IMG/VR virus record: IMGVR_UViG_3300021335_000003
DNA: 64,000 nt
Strand: one strand, 5' to 3'
From: a virus
A model generated the notes under the pieces. The model was given only the letters and a program-made list of their open reading frames with translations, did no database searches and had not been told where the DNA came from. Shown here piece after piece: positions 49,501-58,839 of the stretch. The translations under genes were made by a program, and so were the position numbers. Each line of letters opens with the position of its first letter. The stretch's first letter is position 1.

Positions 49501-52500
49501 GAAGCTCTAAAACAAATTATTGAAAGAGTAAATGGAATCTTAACTGAATATGTAGTGGTAGATGAATTTGACATTTCTCCATTACAAAAAGTTGATCCAG
49601 CTCCTAGTAAGTTTAGTCATCTTTGGGATACCGAAATCGAAAGTGAAAGTTTGCTAAGATTTATCGGTACAGCAAAAATAGAACAAGCTGTTCTTACACC
49701 TGTGATAGAAGATGGCAGCATTGTTGAAGTGCAAATTACAAACGCAGGACGTGGTTACATTGATAGTAATTACACAAATGGTGCAACTAGAGACGGACCT
49801 ACAGTTACAATTGAAGGCACAGGTACCGGTGCAGAAATTAAAACTTACATTAATAATCTAGGACAAATTACAAGTGTAGAAATTATAAATGGTGGTAAAA
49901 ATTATTTAGACAACACAACACTGATAGTGCGACCGTTTAGTGTGCTTGTAAGAAATGATAGCGACATTGGCGGGTTTTGGGCAATATACAATTGGATTGC
50001 AAGCACCGGCGAATGGTTTAGAAATCAAATACAAGATTATGATGTATCCTTATATTGGAATTATATAGATTGGTATGCAGAAGGATATAATGCAGAAACT
50101 GCAATTAACTTTATTATTCCTGGCGCTTATGCACTAGAAAGTTTAGATGATAGAATTGGTAGTGTTGTAAAAATTGAAACTATTGGCAGCGGCGGCTGGT
50201 TGTTGTTAGAAAAAATTGACAATCAATCAAATGTAGATTATACTGTAAATTATAAATCTATAGGCAGACAAAACGGTACAATTCAATTTAGTAGCCAGTT
50301 GTATCAAAGTGAAAACGTAGGATATGACAAACTTATATACGATACAAGTTTTTATGACAGAGAACCTAGTGAAGAAATAAGAATTATTTTAAAAACTATT
50401 GAAAATAATTTATTTGTAGATCAATTAGAAGTCGAATGGAATAAACTTTTCTTCAGTAGTATTAGATATGCAATTAGCGAACAAATTGATGTTGATTGGA
50501 TCTTTAAATCTAGCTTTGTTACAGCAAAACACAACGTAGGTGAATTACAGCAAAAAATTACATATCAAAATGATAATTTACCAAACTATCAAGAGTATAT
50601 AAATGAAGTTAAACCATTTAGTACTAAAGTTCGTGAATATATCAGTGCATATGAAAAAGTTGATCCTACGCAAACTGTAACAACTGATTTTGATTTACCT
50701 CCTGCATATGATGCAGAAGCTGGTCGAGTTATTCCTGAGGCAATAAAATTTGTTAATAATGAACTTACCAATGTTAGTGCTAGTGCTTTGACATATCCAA
50801 AACGCAATTGGCTAGACAATGTTGGATTTGAAATCAAAGAGTTTGTAATTTTTAATGGTGGTAGTGGTTATACAAATACAGCTAATGTTACTGTTAGTGG
50901 CGGCGGAGGACCTACACTTGAAGGATTTGCATACTTAGGTGGTAGTAGTATCAGTTTTATTGATGTTAATACCAGTGGTGCAAGATATTTTAATACACCA
51001 ACAGTTACTATAAATGGAAGTTTGGAAGACGGTGGAGAAGAAGCAGTTGTTTATGCTATCATCGGTAACAACCTAGTAAGAAATACACACATGTTGATGC
51101 GTTTTGATAGAGTATCGGGTAATTACTTGTTCACAACTTTAGACGAAACAGAAACATTTGTCGGTAACGGTGGTCTTACAGAATTTAACTTGAAATGGCC
51201 AGCAAGCACACGAAGTGCAGATATCAGTATTACTGTCGCAGGCGTTGATCAACTTGTAAGCGATTTTACAATTAGTAACGAATTAGATCAGTCTAAGAGT
51301 TTTACACGTTACAAAGGACGTATTACATTTGCTGATGCTCCTGCAAATAATGCAGAGGTAATTATAAATTATAAGAAATCAACAGACTTATTAACAGCAG
51401 CAGACAGAATCAATTTCTTCTATAATCCAACAACAGGTATGCCAGGCAAAGACCTAGCACAGTTAATGGATGGTATCGATTATGATGGTGTTCAAATGGA
51501 CAGTATTGGCTTTGGTGAAAGTTTAGGTTGGGATCTACAAGGATTTGGCATTGACTTTGACACATTTGATACAAATAACGAAGACGAAGTTATTGTGTTA
51601 GATGGCAGCACACAAATTGTAAATCTGTCTAAAGAATTAGAAGCAGGTGTTGAATATAATGTGTATCTAAACAATGTGCGTATTGACGATCCTGCGTATC
51701 CGGGTCCTGGAACAATTAACCCTAATGCAAAAATGGTTACTATTACAGGTGACGGAATCACTAAATCTATATTCTTAGACAGTGATGTAATTACTACACA
51801 ATTAGATGATGTTATTGTAGTGCGTAAGAGTACAAGTGATGGCAGCTTTACACCTGAAAGCACAGCGTTTGATGTAAGTTTAGGTGGTGGTACTTTTGAA
51901 ACAACAACTGCAACAGGCATTGATCCAGGAGAAATTGTTGTAGATGGTGATGGATTTGTAACAGAAACCACATCAAAAGGTCCAGAAGAACAAGTTCCAG
52001 GTCAAGTTTTAGATACTATGGACATAACGGTTTATAACAGAGTATCACAAGGACAAGGCTTAATTGCAGTGCGTAATTACATTGCAGATGGCAACACACT
52101 AGAATGGGACTTTGATTTATTACCACAGACTGAAAACACAGTAATTGTAACAGTTGATGGCGAAGTAATTGGTCATGATGATCTTGTAATTGATTTTGAA
52201 CGCAAAGTTATTAGTTTAGCAGATAGCACAGTAATTGAAGCAAATAAAAATCTAAGTATTTTGTGTATTGGTACAAATGGTGTAGATATTGTTGATAGTG
52301 ATATTATTATTGCTGACGGTACAAGCACATTATTTGAATTACCTTTCTTATTCACTACAGAACAAAGTATATTTGTCACAATAAATGGTGTAAAGAAAGA
52401 ACGCACTACAGAATATGGTTATGACACTAACGATGCAGGATTTGGAGTATTAGAATTTCCAACTGTAATAGATGAAGGTTCTGTAATACAATACACTGTA

Positions 52501-54276
52501 TATAGTGACAATGTAAATCAATTCAGTGAAATGGTAATTGATAAAACTATGCTTGTAGATGGTACCAATAGAGTGCATAGATTTGAAAATGATGTTGTTG
52601 TACCATTTGTTAAAAAACCATATTCGCATAATATTCTAGTTCAACGCAGCAAAGGATCCAAGTTCCTTAATCCAGGATATAGAAAATCTTATACAATGAC
52701 ATTGTTAAGAGACTATGACATTGATGCATGGCAATTTGAAGATACAACATTAGTAAATAGCAGCGATGTTAAAGTTTATATTAATAATGAGCCACTAGAC
52801 GAAACTAAATGGAACTATGATCCACTTAATGGTAGAGTTGAAATTTTATCAAACAATATTGGATTACCAGGAGATCTGTTAGAAATCTTTATTATTCGTG
52901 ATGCAGAATATTTTTTCTTTAACACAATAGCAGAAATTGAAGGCGGCAGTGCTTTAGAAAAAATTCCAGCAGGCACAGATGTATCGTTTAGATTGAGCGA
53001 CGATAGCACAGTTGTTAATGCAAGAGTTGAAAGTTTTGCATATAGTGGTGATAATGCTCTTATCGAATTGCAAGGGTATGTAAGAGATTTATTTGATTTA
53101 AAGAGTACTGACGATACTCCAGAGATGATTGCAAATGATGACAGCACAGCAAATCTTAAAATTAAAGATGTTCGCTTACAAGAAACTGACAATTTGGTGT
53201 TGCTAGAAGCTCCTGAAGAATGGGAAGAAGTTAATATCTACACATTTAGCAATCATGATATTAACGAGTTTGAAAGAAACAGTTATGATGTTGTTTGGAA
53301 CACAAGTCAAGCACCTCAAGGCTCGCAAGAATATATAGATAAAAACTTGTTGAGTACAGGTTATATCAAGTTGCAAAAACCTGCACTAAGTGCAAATTAC
53401 GTTTGGGTATTTAAAAATGGTATTATACAAGTACCACAAAAAGATTATAAAATTACTGAGCGTAAAGATGGAGTGCAAATGTATGAAAAAGTAGATCCAA
53501 ATGATACAGTTGATGTACTACAATTTGCAGCACCAGTAAGTAAGCCTAAGTTTGGATTTAGAATATTTAAAGATATGTTAAATAGATTCCACTACAAGCG
53601 GTTGAATAATCAAAACGAATATGAATTACAACAACCATTAAATTATTTTGATCAAAGTATTCAATTAAAAGATGCAACAGGTTTAGAATCTCCAAACAGA
53701 GCATTGGGACTTCCAGGCATCATTTATATTGATAAAGAACGTATTGAATATTTTAGTTTAGACGGAAATGTTTTACGTCAATTACGTAGAGGTACCTTAG
53801 GTACCGGTATCAAAGAAACTTATCCTGCTAATACTAAAGTAGTAGGACAAGGAATTGAAGAAAATATTCCTTACAAAGATGCAATATATAGAACCAAGTT
53901 TATTGGTGATAGTAGTACAAAACAATTCTTGTTAGATTGGACACCTTCTAGTATAAATGAATTTGATGTTTATTTAGGCGGCATAAAACTACGTAAAGAC
54001 AGCATTGTAACTTTTGATCCTACAATAGACCAAGATTCTCCAGAAGCTGATATTACAATGGTTCCAGAATACACAATGGAAACAATTGTTTGGGGAGATG
54101 GTACAAGAGTTGCAATTTATCTTGCTGATTATATAGATCCTCCAGCTGATGGAACAATAATTGAAATTGTAAGAAAAACAGGAAGAATTTGGAATGAAAT
54201 TGGAAAATCTATTGCAGACAGTGAAAATGAAATATGCAAATTTATAACAGACAAAACAATATCGCTACCCCGATAA
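40513..54276 (+). CDS. Giant (4587 aa) multidomain baseplate/virion protein (in the gp7 position)
   Basis: Follows gp6; N-terminal LLP.YF.TD.NKKF; contains FG-x-S-V..L.VGAP propeller repeats, W....Y..G..V.Y carbohydrate-binding-like modules, NGGSGY and DG.T..F repeats. Confidence 0.75.
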   Translation: MAYEDNQNEYPIPGRNDSKRTNASLLPRYFRTDANKKFVGSTLDQLTSPGVVEKLNGFVGSREAKAAVITDNYIEDINQERENYQLEPYTIIEDDLGNIDFNADYLDLLGQVNGFGGTTTNHDKLFAQEFYAWNPHIDFDKFTNFREYYWLPNGPQEVPVRGTGIDVVSTLKVRLEYDGGDAAFVFTPDGVTRNKILTLYRGQTYRFEVDTPGHPFGIALSRLKNVPYADSTEYVENLYLEGVSITEEYDDTVVFREDLVGDGFLEKGVLEFTVPMNAPDNLYYISQNDINVSGNLNLFDIEESTVLNVEEEILGKKTYKTVDGWDFSNGMKVYFTGTVYPESYEQGLYYVEGVGESIELVAVKDLQVPAIFTQDTQVPFDINPFDRVPFGDAKSFAGTKDYVCINRRDKSKNPWSRYNRWTHKSVIEKSAEINNTPIEIFEDLRALRPIIEFEPNLRLFNHGNKAKAAVDLVDTFTPDVFSTIEGSAGYNVDGVDLADGMRVLFTGDQDSLVNGKIYEVNFITHNNNIQISLLETGDTLPAENETILILDGDVNAGCMYWYDGNQWNKAQDKSGINQSPLFDLFDNDGNSIGDQTIYDSTEFVGNRIFNYRVGEGTKDTELGFPLTYQNFVNIGDIVFDFPLLSKSYNYKVGNDFVQIFSDTLFLKKFVNETDQYVNAWKKSNTKSQQYVVRKFTGSEYVNNFPIDVYNNSAELDDLKVKVYVNSLYKTESTDYTLVNSSKTKTIVFNNDLQFEDIIVIKTHSKADKNNNGYYEIPYNLERNPLNENITEFTLGEVNDHVEGLITELQNFQGTQPGISNLRDLGDVAAYGRKFIQHSGPINLSMYNLVSKNANIIKAVRYASNEYQKFKRQFIQIATDNTFNGTLKEHVDFIFNLLNEDKTEKTNFYSTDMAGTGGSVEIKYDVLDNRLKTYALSANFSKDVISNLAVYVYINDEQLVHGKDYTFTNTGFVNISKEFANGDVIKIYEYANTEGSFIPPTPTKIGLYPTYVPEKFLDNSYRENTNVIRGHDGSLMIAYDDYRDDLILELEKRIYNNLKVSYDEDIFDINDIIGGYSRDTGVSRQSIDDIIITDFVKWLDVAKINDYTNNDFLVQGDSFSYNYSKSVNSKNQLLPGYWRGVYLQAYDTDRPHTHPWEMLGFASQPIWWKEVYGPAPYTSNNLILWSDLQKGIVREPGQPVVVRSKYVRSNLLEHLPVNENGQLLSPLESGYAQNFSFSVQQSTEYKFGDHAPVETAWRRSSGYPFALLTAMILLRPAHTIGIGLDRSRITKDKTNNIVYGNTNKRINTKNLTFPTINGNITGGLLNYILYYTQLNNEFSFETYIDNIQRIDNKIGFKLAGFANKDKLKLVLDSKTPLNQGNVFVPFENYNLTFRSSAPLQTITYSGVIVEKVSRGFKITGYDQEDPYFFYNAVLESANDPVVNVGGISESFSTWSDNKTYVAGKIVEFNDRYYRVNVTHTSEENFDETKFTPLRSLPQVGGVNAYFRKRFDTNISRIDYGTVLTSIQDVVDFLLGYQKHLLSQGFIFDYFNKETEAIENWSLAAKEFMFWTSQNWAQSSIITLSPAANNLVFSQDYYVVDNLFDSFYNYPVLNQNSKKLNFNFFNVYRDNSNNFQLTSSEDGIFLIKLPLIQKEHVVLIDNTTVFNDVIFSKNTGYRQQRIKIVGYRTDQWNGSLNIPGFIYDDAKVTEWESYKDYTVGELVKFKEFYYAAIASHNGTENFDFNLWSRLPEKPENKLQPNWDYRANQFADFYDLDTDNFDSEQQRLAQHLIGYQKRNYLSNIIQDDVSQYKFYQGFIQDKGTSNSVTKLFDKLGSANQDSIELYEEWAIRVGQYGAVSSFDEVEFKLDEKQFRIEPQTVELVNQVDNTRTDLVYQYPSSDVLIKPSNYDQGFLPVNNTVNEYTKTGGYVKLDQVDFLAKVLEDILTVDIDTVDIGSYVWTPKDETSWMVYRHVTAPYKVTHIEKTDLGFKMYFNTNIELEEDAIIGINNINDEVNGFWLATNIQRNIINNADSTITHPNIEIETDNPISDDYIDLEDSTLGLVSEFCIRRVTQVSDINIALQTYDLNNDRFWIDDIGNGISATYDNKPTLTKLQDILASQESSELFGQSIAASYNNTILAVGVPDIDDGKVYVYTRGSDAQELRLNQTLEPNIDYHDIGSEFGDSVAITPNGQYLYVGAPLASNVRSRYKGALDPIEEYAQGDIVSSKGVLWEALRTVTVESSTINLESQDWKRVKIIPADPGADPMKYSQQGVVYIYKKLVDNTFDLIDVICSSAPGTNEKFGIGVKAVSPGDYDHSLYVRSLADNGRLYVINNGGINDVDSYSYNIDEDYRGEWQSIAKYIENEIVYYEGDLYQANQTVFAGNPFDTSLWNQLDTFVDYTGYLTSDLSDTTDLYNEDSSGFGLATDVGITFDISGNGEVIALSGVLNAAEFRVAIYRKQNGRYVFDQNIDSPVDNEFFGHSVSLNTLGNKLAIGAPDSDEAGITNGQVYIYKLVNQQFELDQKLFSPDGEKNNRFGVYVDLDGEKLAVTSERGDTEFEISFDVYNTVYPDSLAKFGSAYVNSPGSGETDAPTLFDNGATNIIDKVKDNSRVYLYETINDKLIYSEKLFSSTDISDSNMNYGYLNRNHLYVVAPSQPLDDIINDSTNNNGIIQDFRSDLNATAWTINSQVEPFVDLSKIKGVWLYDNKTKDLITYLDYIDPIQGRIAGPAEQEVSYKLYYDPAVYNVGSTDTGTKDLWSTQYVGKLWWNIDTIKWYNPYQGDLQFKTNTWNQIIPGFDVDIYEWVESDYIPSEWDGLADTTEGLAEGISGTSLYGDETYTVANSYDPVTGVAIPKYYFWVKSKTTLPNTYGRKISALDVENLIRDPAAQGYRFINLFDSKNYALHNVRNLIKDKDTILHIDYYNTDDIDNNIHSEYQLLTEGLASSKPNADIVDKWVDSLVGYNEQSIQLPDTRVSIARRFGILNEPNQSMFVNRKEALKQIIERVNGILTEYVVVDEFDISPLQKVDPAPSKFSHLWDTEIESESLLRFIGTAKIEQAVLTPVIEDGSIVEVQITNAGRGYIDSNYTNGATRDGPTVTIEGTGTGAEIKTYINNLGQITSVEIINGGKNYLDNTTLIVRPFSVLVRNDSDIGGFWAIYNWIASTGEWFRNQIQDYDVSLYWNYIDWYAEGYNAETAINFIIPGAYALESLDDRIGSVVKIETIGSGGWLLLEKIDNQSNVDYTVNYKSIGRQNGTIQFSSQLYQSENVGYDKLIYDTSFYDREPSEEIRIILKTIENNLFVDQLEVEWNKLFFSSIRYAISEQIDVDWIFKSSFVTAKHNVGELQQKITYQNDNLPNYQEYINEVKPFSTKVREYISAYEKVDPTQTVTTDFDLPPAYDAEAGRVIPEAIKFVNNELTNVSASALTYPKRNWLDNVGFEIKEFVIFNGGSGYTNTANVTVSGGGGPTLEGFAYLGGSSISFIDVNTSGARYFNTPTVTINGSLEDGGEEAVVYAIIGNNLVRNTHMLMRFDRVSGNYLFTTLDETETFVGNGGLTEFNLKWPASTRSADISITVAGVDQLVSDFTISNELDQSKSFTRYKGRITFADAPANNAEVIINYKKSTDLLTAADRINFFYNPTTGMPGKDLAQLMDGIDYDGVQMDSIGFGESLGWDLQGFGIDFDTFDTNNEDEVIVLDGSTQIVNLSKELEAGVEYNVYLNNVRIDDPAYPGPGTINPNAKMVTITGDGITKSIFLDSDVITTQLDDVIVVRKSTSDGSFTPESTAFDVSLGGGTFETTTATGIDPGEIVVDGDGFVTETTSKGPEEQVPGQVLDTMDITVYNRVSQGQGLIAVRNYIADGNTLEWDFDLLPQTENTVIVTVDGEVIGHDDLVIDFERKVISLADSTVIEANKNLSILCIGTNGVDIVDSDIIIADGTSTLFELPFLFTTEQSIFVTINGVKKERTTEYGYDTNDAGFGVLEFPTVIDEGSVIQYTVYSDNVNQFSEMVIDKTMLVDGTNRVHRFENDVVVPFVKKPYSHNILVQRSKGSKFLNPGYRKSYTMTLLRDYDIDAWQFEDTTLVNSSDVKVYINNEPLDETKWNYDPLNGRVEILSNNIGLPGDLLEIFIIRDAEYFFFNTIAEIEGGSALEKIPAGTDVSFRLSDDSTVVNARVESFAYSGDNALIELQGYVRDLFDLKSTDDTPEMIANDDSTANLKIKDVRLQETDNLVLLEAPEEWEEVNIYTFSNHDINEFERNSYDVVWNTSQAPQGSQEYIDKNLLSTGYIKLQKPALSANYVWVFKNGIIQVPQKDYKITERKDGVQMYEKVDPNDTVDVLQFAAPVSKPKFGFRIFKDMLNRFHYKRLNNQNEYELQQPLNYFDQSIQLKDATGLESPNRALGLPGIIYIDKERIEYFSLDGNVLRQLRRGTLGTGIKETYPANTKVVGQGIEENIPYKDAIYRTKFIGDSSTKQFLLDWTPSSINEFDVYLGGIKLRKDSIVTFDPTIDQDSPEADITMVPEYTMETIVWGDGTRVAIYLADYIDPPADGTIIEIVRKTGRIWNEIGKSIADSENEICKFITDKTISLPR

Positions 54277-54302
54277 ATACATTATAGGAACGGAATAAAA
54301 AT

Positions 54303-54905
54303 ATGGTTAATGAACAAAGTGGCGTACACATTGAAGGACACATAAAAATATACAATCCAGATTCTGGACATGTGTATATTAATAAACGTAATGCTATACA
54401 TTATGAAAACATGAGTATCAGTCTTGCTGAAAGTTTAGGTAATGCTGGAGAAGGATTCATATATGAAATGGGCTTTGGTAATGGAGGAACTAGTGTAGAT
54501 CCTACAGGTATTATCACATACCTAACACCAAACAGTACAGGTACAAATGCAAGTTTGTACAATCAAACATATTCTAAAGTTGTTGATGACCGTTCAGTCA
54601 ATAACGTAGATCCACAGCGTAATAAAATTGAAACACGCCACGTTACTGGTACAAATTATACCGATATTGTTGTAAGTGCATTGCTCGATTATGGTGAGCC
54701 TGATGGACAAGATGCATTTGATACTGCAACTGATACTGAACAGCAATTTGTATTTGACGAATTAGGACTTATTGGTTACTCACCAAACGGAACTGGTAGA
54801 TTACTAACACACGTTATTTTCCATCCTGTACAAAAGTCATTAAACAGATTAATTCAAATTGACTACACTGTAAGAGTACAAAGTTTAAGTGGAGGTAACA
54901 CTTAA
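54303..54905 (+). CDS. Conserved baseplate/structural protein
   Basis: 200 aa; NAIHYEN, FGNGG, FDELGL, LLTHVIFHPVQKS.NR.IQI.YT; late box at 54274-54279. Confidence 0.65.
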   Translation: MVNEQSGVHIEGHIKIYNPDSGHVYINKRNAIHYENMSISLAESLGNAGEGFIYEMGFGNGGTSVDPTGIITYLTPNSTGTNASLYNQTYSKVVDDRSVNNVDPQRNKIETRHVTGTNYTDIVVSALLDYGEPDGQDAFDTATDTEQQFVFDELGLIGYSPNGTGRLLTHVIFHPVQKSLNRLIQIDYTVRVQSLSGGNT

Positions 54906-56923
54906 TGCCATATAATATTCCGTTCACAGATGAAGCAAACAAAGGCAATGTTACAGTAGAAGATCAAAGCATTAATACAGAAACAAGTATGAAGCTGCCG
55001 GGTCGTTTAACAACAGATTACGGACAAAGTGTAAATGAAAACTTTTTACATTTATTAGAAAACTTTGCTAATGCAAGTCCTCCTGCTAATCCAGTTGAAG
55101 GACAATTATGGTATGATACAACACAGAACGTTGATCAACTTAAAATTTATGATGGTACCAATTGGGTCGCAGCAGGCGGCCTAAAAAAAGGTCCATTTGA
55201 ACCTGATATATCAAATAGTGTTGCAGGAGATCTATGGGTTAATACAAGCACTAGCCAACTCTATCTTTACACTGGAAGTGGCTGGTTATTAGTTGGACCT
55301 AATTATAGTGATGGAAATAAAAGCGGCGCACTAGTCGAAGAAATTGTAGATACTGCAAGTGTAACTAGAACAGTTATTATAAATTATATTGAAGATATTC
55401 CTGTAACAATTTATACAAGATCTGAGTTTTCTCCAAAAACGCCTTTTGCAGGATATAACAGCACACTACCATTCAAAGTAGGAATTAATTTTAACAGAAA
55501 TCTTACTGATGCAAAATTTAATGGCACAGCAGATATTGCCGAAAACTTAAAGATAAGCGGAGCAAGCATTCCTGCATCAGATTTTATGAGAACCAATGTA
55601 GTAAATCAAGTAACAGAAAAATTGCAGATCAAAAGCAATCAAGGTGTTGAAATTGGATCAGCCAAAACATTAAGTCTTTTAGTAGAAGGAAACAATGGTA
55701 TTATTGAAAATACTATTCCTGGTGCTCCAATTGACGTCCGTGTTAATAACAATGGTACTTTTGTAGTGCCTATTCGTGTAAAGAGTAACACAAATGTTGG
55801 TATTAATAATTTAAATCCTTCAGAAAGTTTAGATGTAGTTGGTAATATTATTACAGATAGTAATATTAGAGTAAATGGTACCGATCAAAGTAACAATCCA
55901 ACAACAGGTTCATTAACTACAGCAGGAGGATTAGGTGTAACAAAAAATCTAAACGTTGGCGGTAATGCAACAATAGATGGTAATATAACACTTGCAAATC
56001 TACTTCCAGATCAAGCAAATGTTAGAAATATTGGTAGTAGTGTTTTACCTTTTGATACACTTTATGCAAACAGAATTACAGGTAATTTAACTGGTAATGT
56101 CACAGGTAATGTCAGTGGCACAGCAGGTAGCACAGGCAAATTAAATAGTACAACTACTTTTGCTATGACAGGACAAATTGTTAGTAGTAGTTTTGTATTT
56201 GATGGACAAACAGGCGGTAGTACAAAAACTTTTGGCACACAAGCGGCACCTGCTATTATTAGTGATCAAACTGCTGCAACAACCATCAATAGAACAGATG
56301 ACGAATTACTAGTTAATCAAGGAGGTGTGTTAGCAAAAGCAACTCCTGCACAACTAATTGGTAGTATTGATACAATGCCAGTAGGAACAATTATTATGTT
56401 TGGTGGTCCTGTTGCACCAGCTGGTTGGTTCATTTGCGACGGAGAAGAATACTCAGTTGTTACCTATTCAGACTTGGCAAGTGCAATTGGATTTGAAGCT
56501 GGTAATAGCAGCACATATTATTATGGAACTCCTACAACAGGTAATTTTAGAATTCCAGATTTAAGAGGACAACTTCCGCTAATGTCAACCGATTCAAGTT
56601 TGTCAGGAAGAGCGTTAGCATCAAATGCAATTACAACCGGTGGTTTAGGTAGCACAGATGGTAACACTGAAGTTACTATACAAGAAGAAAATCTACCTGA
56701 ACACAAACATGATTTGCAAGATGGCGATGACAATCAATACTATGCTGCAAGTTCTGCAACATATACTGGAGGAGATAGTGTTCCAAATGATGGCGATACA
56801 ACAGGTATTGGAACAAGATTAGAAACTAGTGGAGGAGTGCTTGGCTTACAAAACCTTCCAATTGATGTTACCAACCCGTATATTGCATTGAACTTTATTA
56901 TCTATCACGGAGTAACTTCATAA
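54905..56923 (+). CDS. Tail fibre protein with tail-collar domain
   Basis: NENFLHLLENFA...P..PVEGQLWYD N-terminus; collar PVGTIIMFGG...PAGWFICDG..F.IPDLRG; ends PYIALNFII. Confidence 0.8.
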   Translation: MPYNIPFTDEANKGNVTVEDQSINTETSMKLPGRLTTDYGQSVNENFLHLLENFANASPPANPVEGQLWYDTTQNVDQLKIYDGTNWVAAGGLKKGPFEPDISNSVAGDLWVNTSTSQLYLYTGSGWLLVGPNYSDGNKSGALVEEIVDTASVTRTVIINYIEDIPVTIYTRSEFSPKTPFAGYNSTLPFKVGINFNRNLTDAKFNGTADIAENLKISGASIPASDFMRTNVVNQVTEKLQIKSNQGVEIGSAKTLSLLVEGNNGIIENTIPGAPIDVRVNNNGTFVVPIRVKSNTNVGINNLNPSESLDVVGNIITDSNIRVNGTDQSNNPTTGSLTTAGGLGVTKNLNVGGNATIDGNITLANLLPDQANVRNIGSSVLPFDTLYANRITGNLTGNVTGNVSGTAGSTGKLNSTTTFAMTGQIVSSSFVFDGQTGGSTKTFGTQAAPAIISDQTAATTINRTDDELLVNQGGVLAKATPAQLIGSIDTMPVGTIIMFGGPVAPAGWFICDGEEYSVVTYSDLASAIGFEAGNSSTYYYGTPTTGNFRIPDLRGQLPLMSTDSSLSGRALASNAITTGGLGSTDGNTEVTIQEENLPEHKHDLQDGDDNQYYAASSATYTGGDSVPNDGDTTGIGTRLETSGGVLGLQNLPIDVTNPYIALNFIIYHGVTS

Positions 56924-58806
56924 TGGCCTATAAATTAAATAAAACAGACGGATCGTTATTAGTAGAATTAGTAGATGGAAGATTAGATACAACATCCGCT
57001 GATATTAGTCTTATAGGTAAAAACTATCAAGGATTTGGTGAAAGCATAAATGAAAACTTTATTAAAATGTTGGAAAACTTTTCTAACACAACTGCTCCTA
57101 GTAAGCCGATTAAAGGACAATTATGGTACGATACTTCAACAGGCAGATTAAAAGTTTATGACGGCATCACCTTTAGAAGTACAGATAGTACAATTTACAG
57201 TGCCACACAACCAGATGAATTAATCGAAGGCGATATTTGGATCGACGGTTCAAAAGATCAAGTATTCTTTTGGAATGGTACAGAAACAGTTTTAGTAGGT
57301 CCTGTATTTGATAAAACACAAGCAACAACTGGAGATGTTGTAGAAACAATTAAAGACACACTAGGGCAAAACAGAACAGTAGTAAAAAGATATATAAACG
57401 GAAGTTTAATAGGTATTGAAACAAAAGTAGCATTTACTCCTGCGCCTTCTATTCCAGGATTTGCAGATTTAGAAGTTGGTTTCAATATTAGTGCAAGTTT
57501 TAACACTTACAAATTTTTAGGCGCTGCTAATAGTGCCAAACAACTTATTGATGATTTTGGTAACGTATATGATCAAAGTAGTTTCTTAAGCACAAGTAAT
57601 AACAGTACAACAACAGGCAGCATCAGTATTAAAGATGACAACGGTTTATTCCTTGGTGACGATTTTGATTTAAACATCAGACAAGATGGCGCAGTTACAA
57701 ATTTGAAAATGCAAAAATCTAACCAAGATTTTAAAATTGCATTTGTAACTAATAATTTACAAGACAGTGTATATTTTGATGCAAGTGAAAAACGTGTAGG
57801 ATTTTTCCAAAGTTCGCTACCTGCATACACAGTTGATATTGCAGGCGACTTGCGTGTTACAGGTAACATTTTAGTTGAAGGTGATAGTGTAAGTTTAGAC
57901 GTTGCTAAATTACGTGTAGAGGATCACAGAATTGAACTTGCAATTCAAGATGATAGCACACTAATCAGTGAAGCAGATCTTGCAGGATTAGAAGCATTAA
58001 ATGGTCCTGCTGGCATTGTTGTAAGAGTTAGCGGTGATGATAAAGAATGGGCATTTTACACAGGTACAAATAGTTGGACAAGTAGCCACGATATATCACT
58101 TTTAAATGATAGTGATAGTTATTATGTAGGACTTAATGAAGTACTTTCAAGAGATACATTAGGTAGCACAGTTGAAAACAGTAGTCTTAGAACAGTTGGT
58201 AAATTAATTAATTTAACAGTTGGTCCTGCTGGCGGTGAAACAATGACCATCACAGAAGACACAATTTCAACCACTGCTGGTTTGCAAATTACCAGTGTTG
58301 ATCCAATTGAATTAACTAATGCTAAACAAATTAAAAATGTAGCAGATCCTACAGACAATGGCGATGTAACAAATAAAAAATATGTCGATGATGCGGTATT
58401 ATCTACACCTGTTGTTTTTGGAGTAGATATTACCGGCTTAGGCACAACTTATAATCCTGGAACATATGCAGATGGCACATGTGATGACGGTTTACTCGTT
58501 AATATAGCAACAATGTTAAGTGAAATATCGCCACCTACTACACAAAGAAATGGAACAGTTGCAAAAATACATGCATATTATTTTGAAGCTACAACAGACC
58601 CAATTGATGTACAATCTGGCATAACAAAAACACTTACTGCTGTTGATAGTGCCGGTGTGCAGAACGTAAATGTTGTAGGCGATTTTGCAATTAGTGATCC
58701 AACTGCAACAGTTACACTTACAGTAACAAGGCGTGTCATTACAATGACAATTAGTTCATCTCTATGGGATGTAAATGGAAGCACTATTGAGACATCAGCG
58801 GTATAA
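56923..58806 (+). CDS. Tail fibre-like protein (paralogous N-terminus)
   Basis: MAY.LNKTDG..GKNY.G.GE..NENF..LENF...P..P..GQLWYD; VADPT...D..NKKYVD. Confidence 0.75.
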   Translation: MAYKLNKTDGSLLVELVDGRLDTTSADISLIGKNYQGFGESINENFIKMLENFSNTTAPSKPIKGQLWYDTSTGRLKVYDGITFRSTDSTIYSATQPDELIEGDIWIDGSKDQVFFWNGTETVLVGPVFDKTQATTGDVVETIKDTLGQNRTVVKRYINGSLIGIETKVAFTPAPSIPGFADLEVGFNISASFNTYKFLGAANSAKQLIDDFGNVYDQSSFLSTSNNSTTTGSISIKDDNGLFLGDDFDLNIRQDGAVTNLKMQKSNQDFKIAFVTNNLQDSVYFDASEKRVGFFQSSLPAYTVDIAGDLRVTGNILVEGDSVSLDVAKLRVEDHRIELAIQDDSTLISEADLAGLEALNGPAGIVVRVSGDDKEWAFYTGTNSWTSSHDISLLNDSDSYYVGLNEVLSRDTLGSTVENSSLRTVGKLINLTVGPAGGETMTITEDTISTTAGLQITSVDPIELTNAKQIKNVADPTDNGDVTNKKYVDDAVLSTPVVFGVDITGLGTTYNPGTYADGTCDDGLLVNIATMLSEISPPTTQRNGTVAKIHAYYFEATTDPIDVQSGITKTLTAVDSAGVQNVNVVGDFAISDPTATVTLTVTRRVITMTISSSLWDVNGSTIETSAV

Positions 58807-58839
58807 CGATAAATAACATAAGCACGAGGAACAACAATA

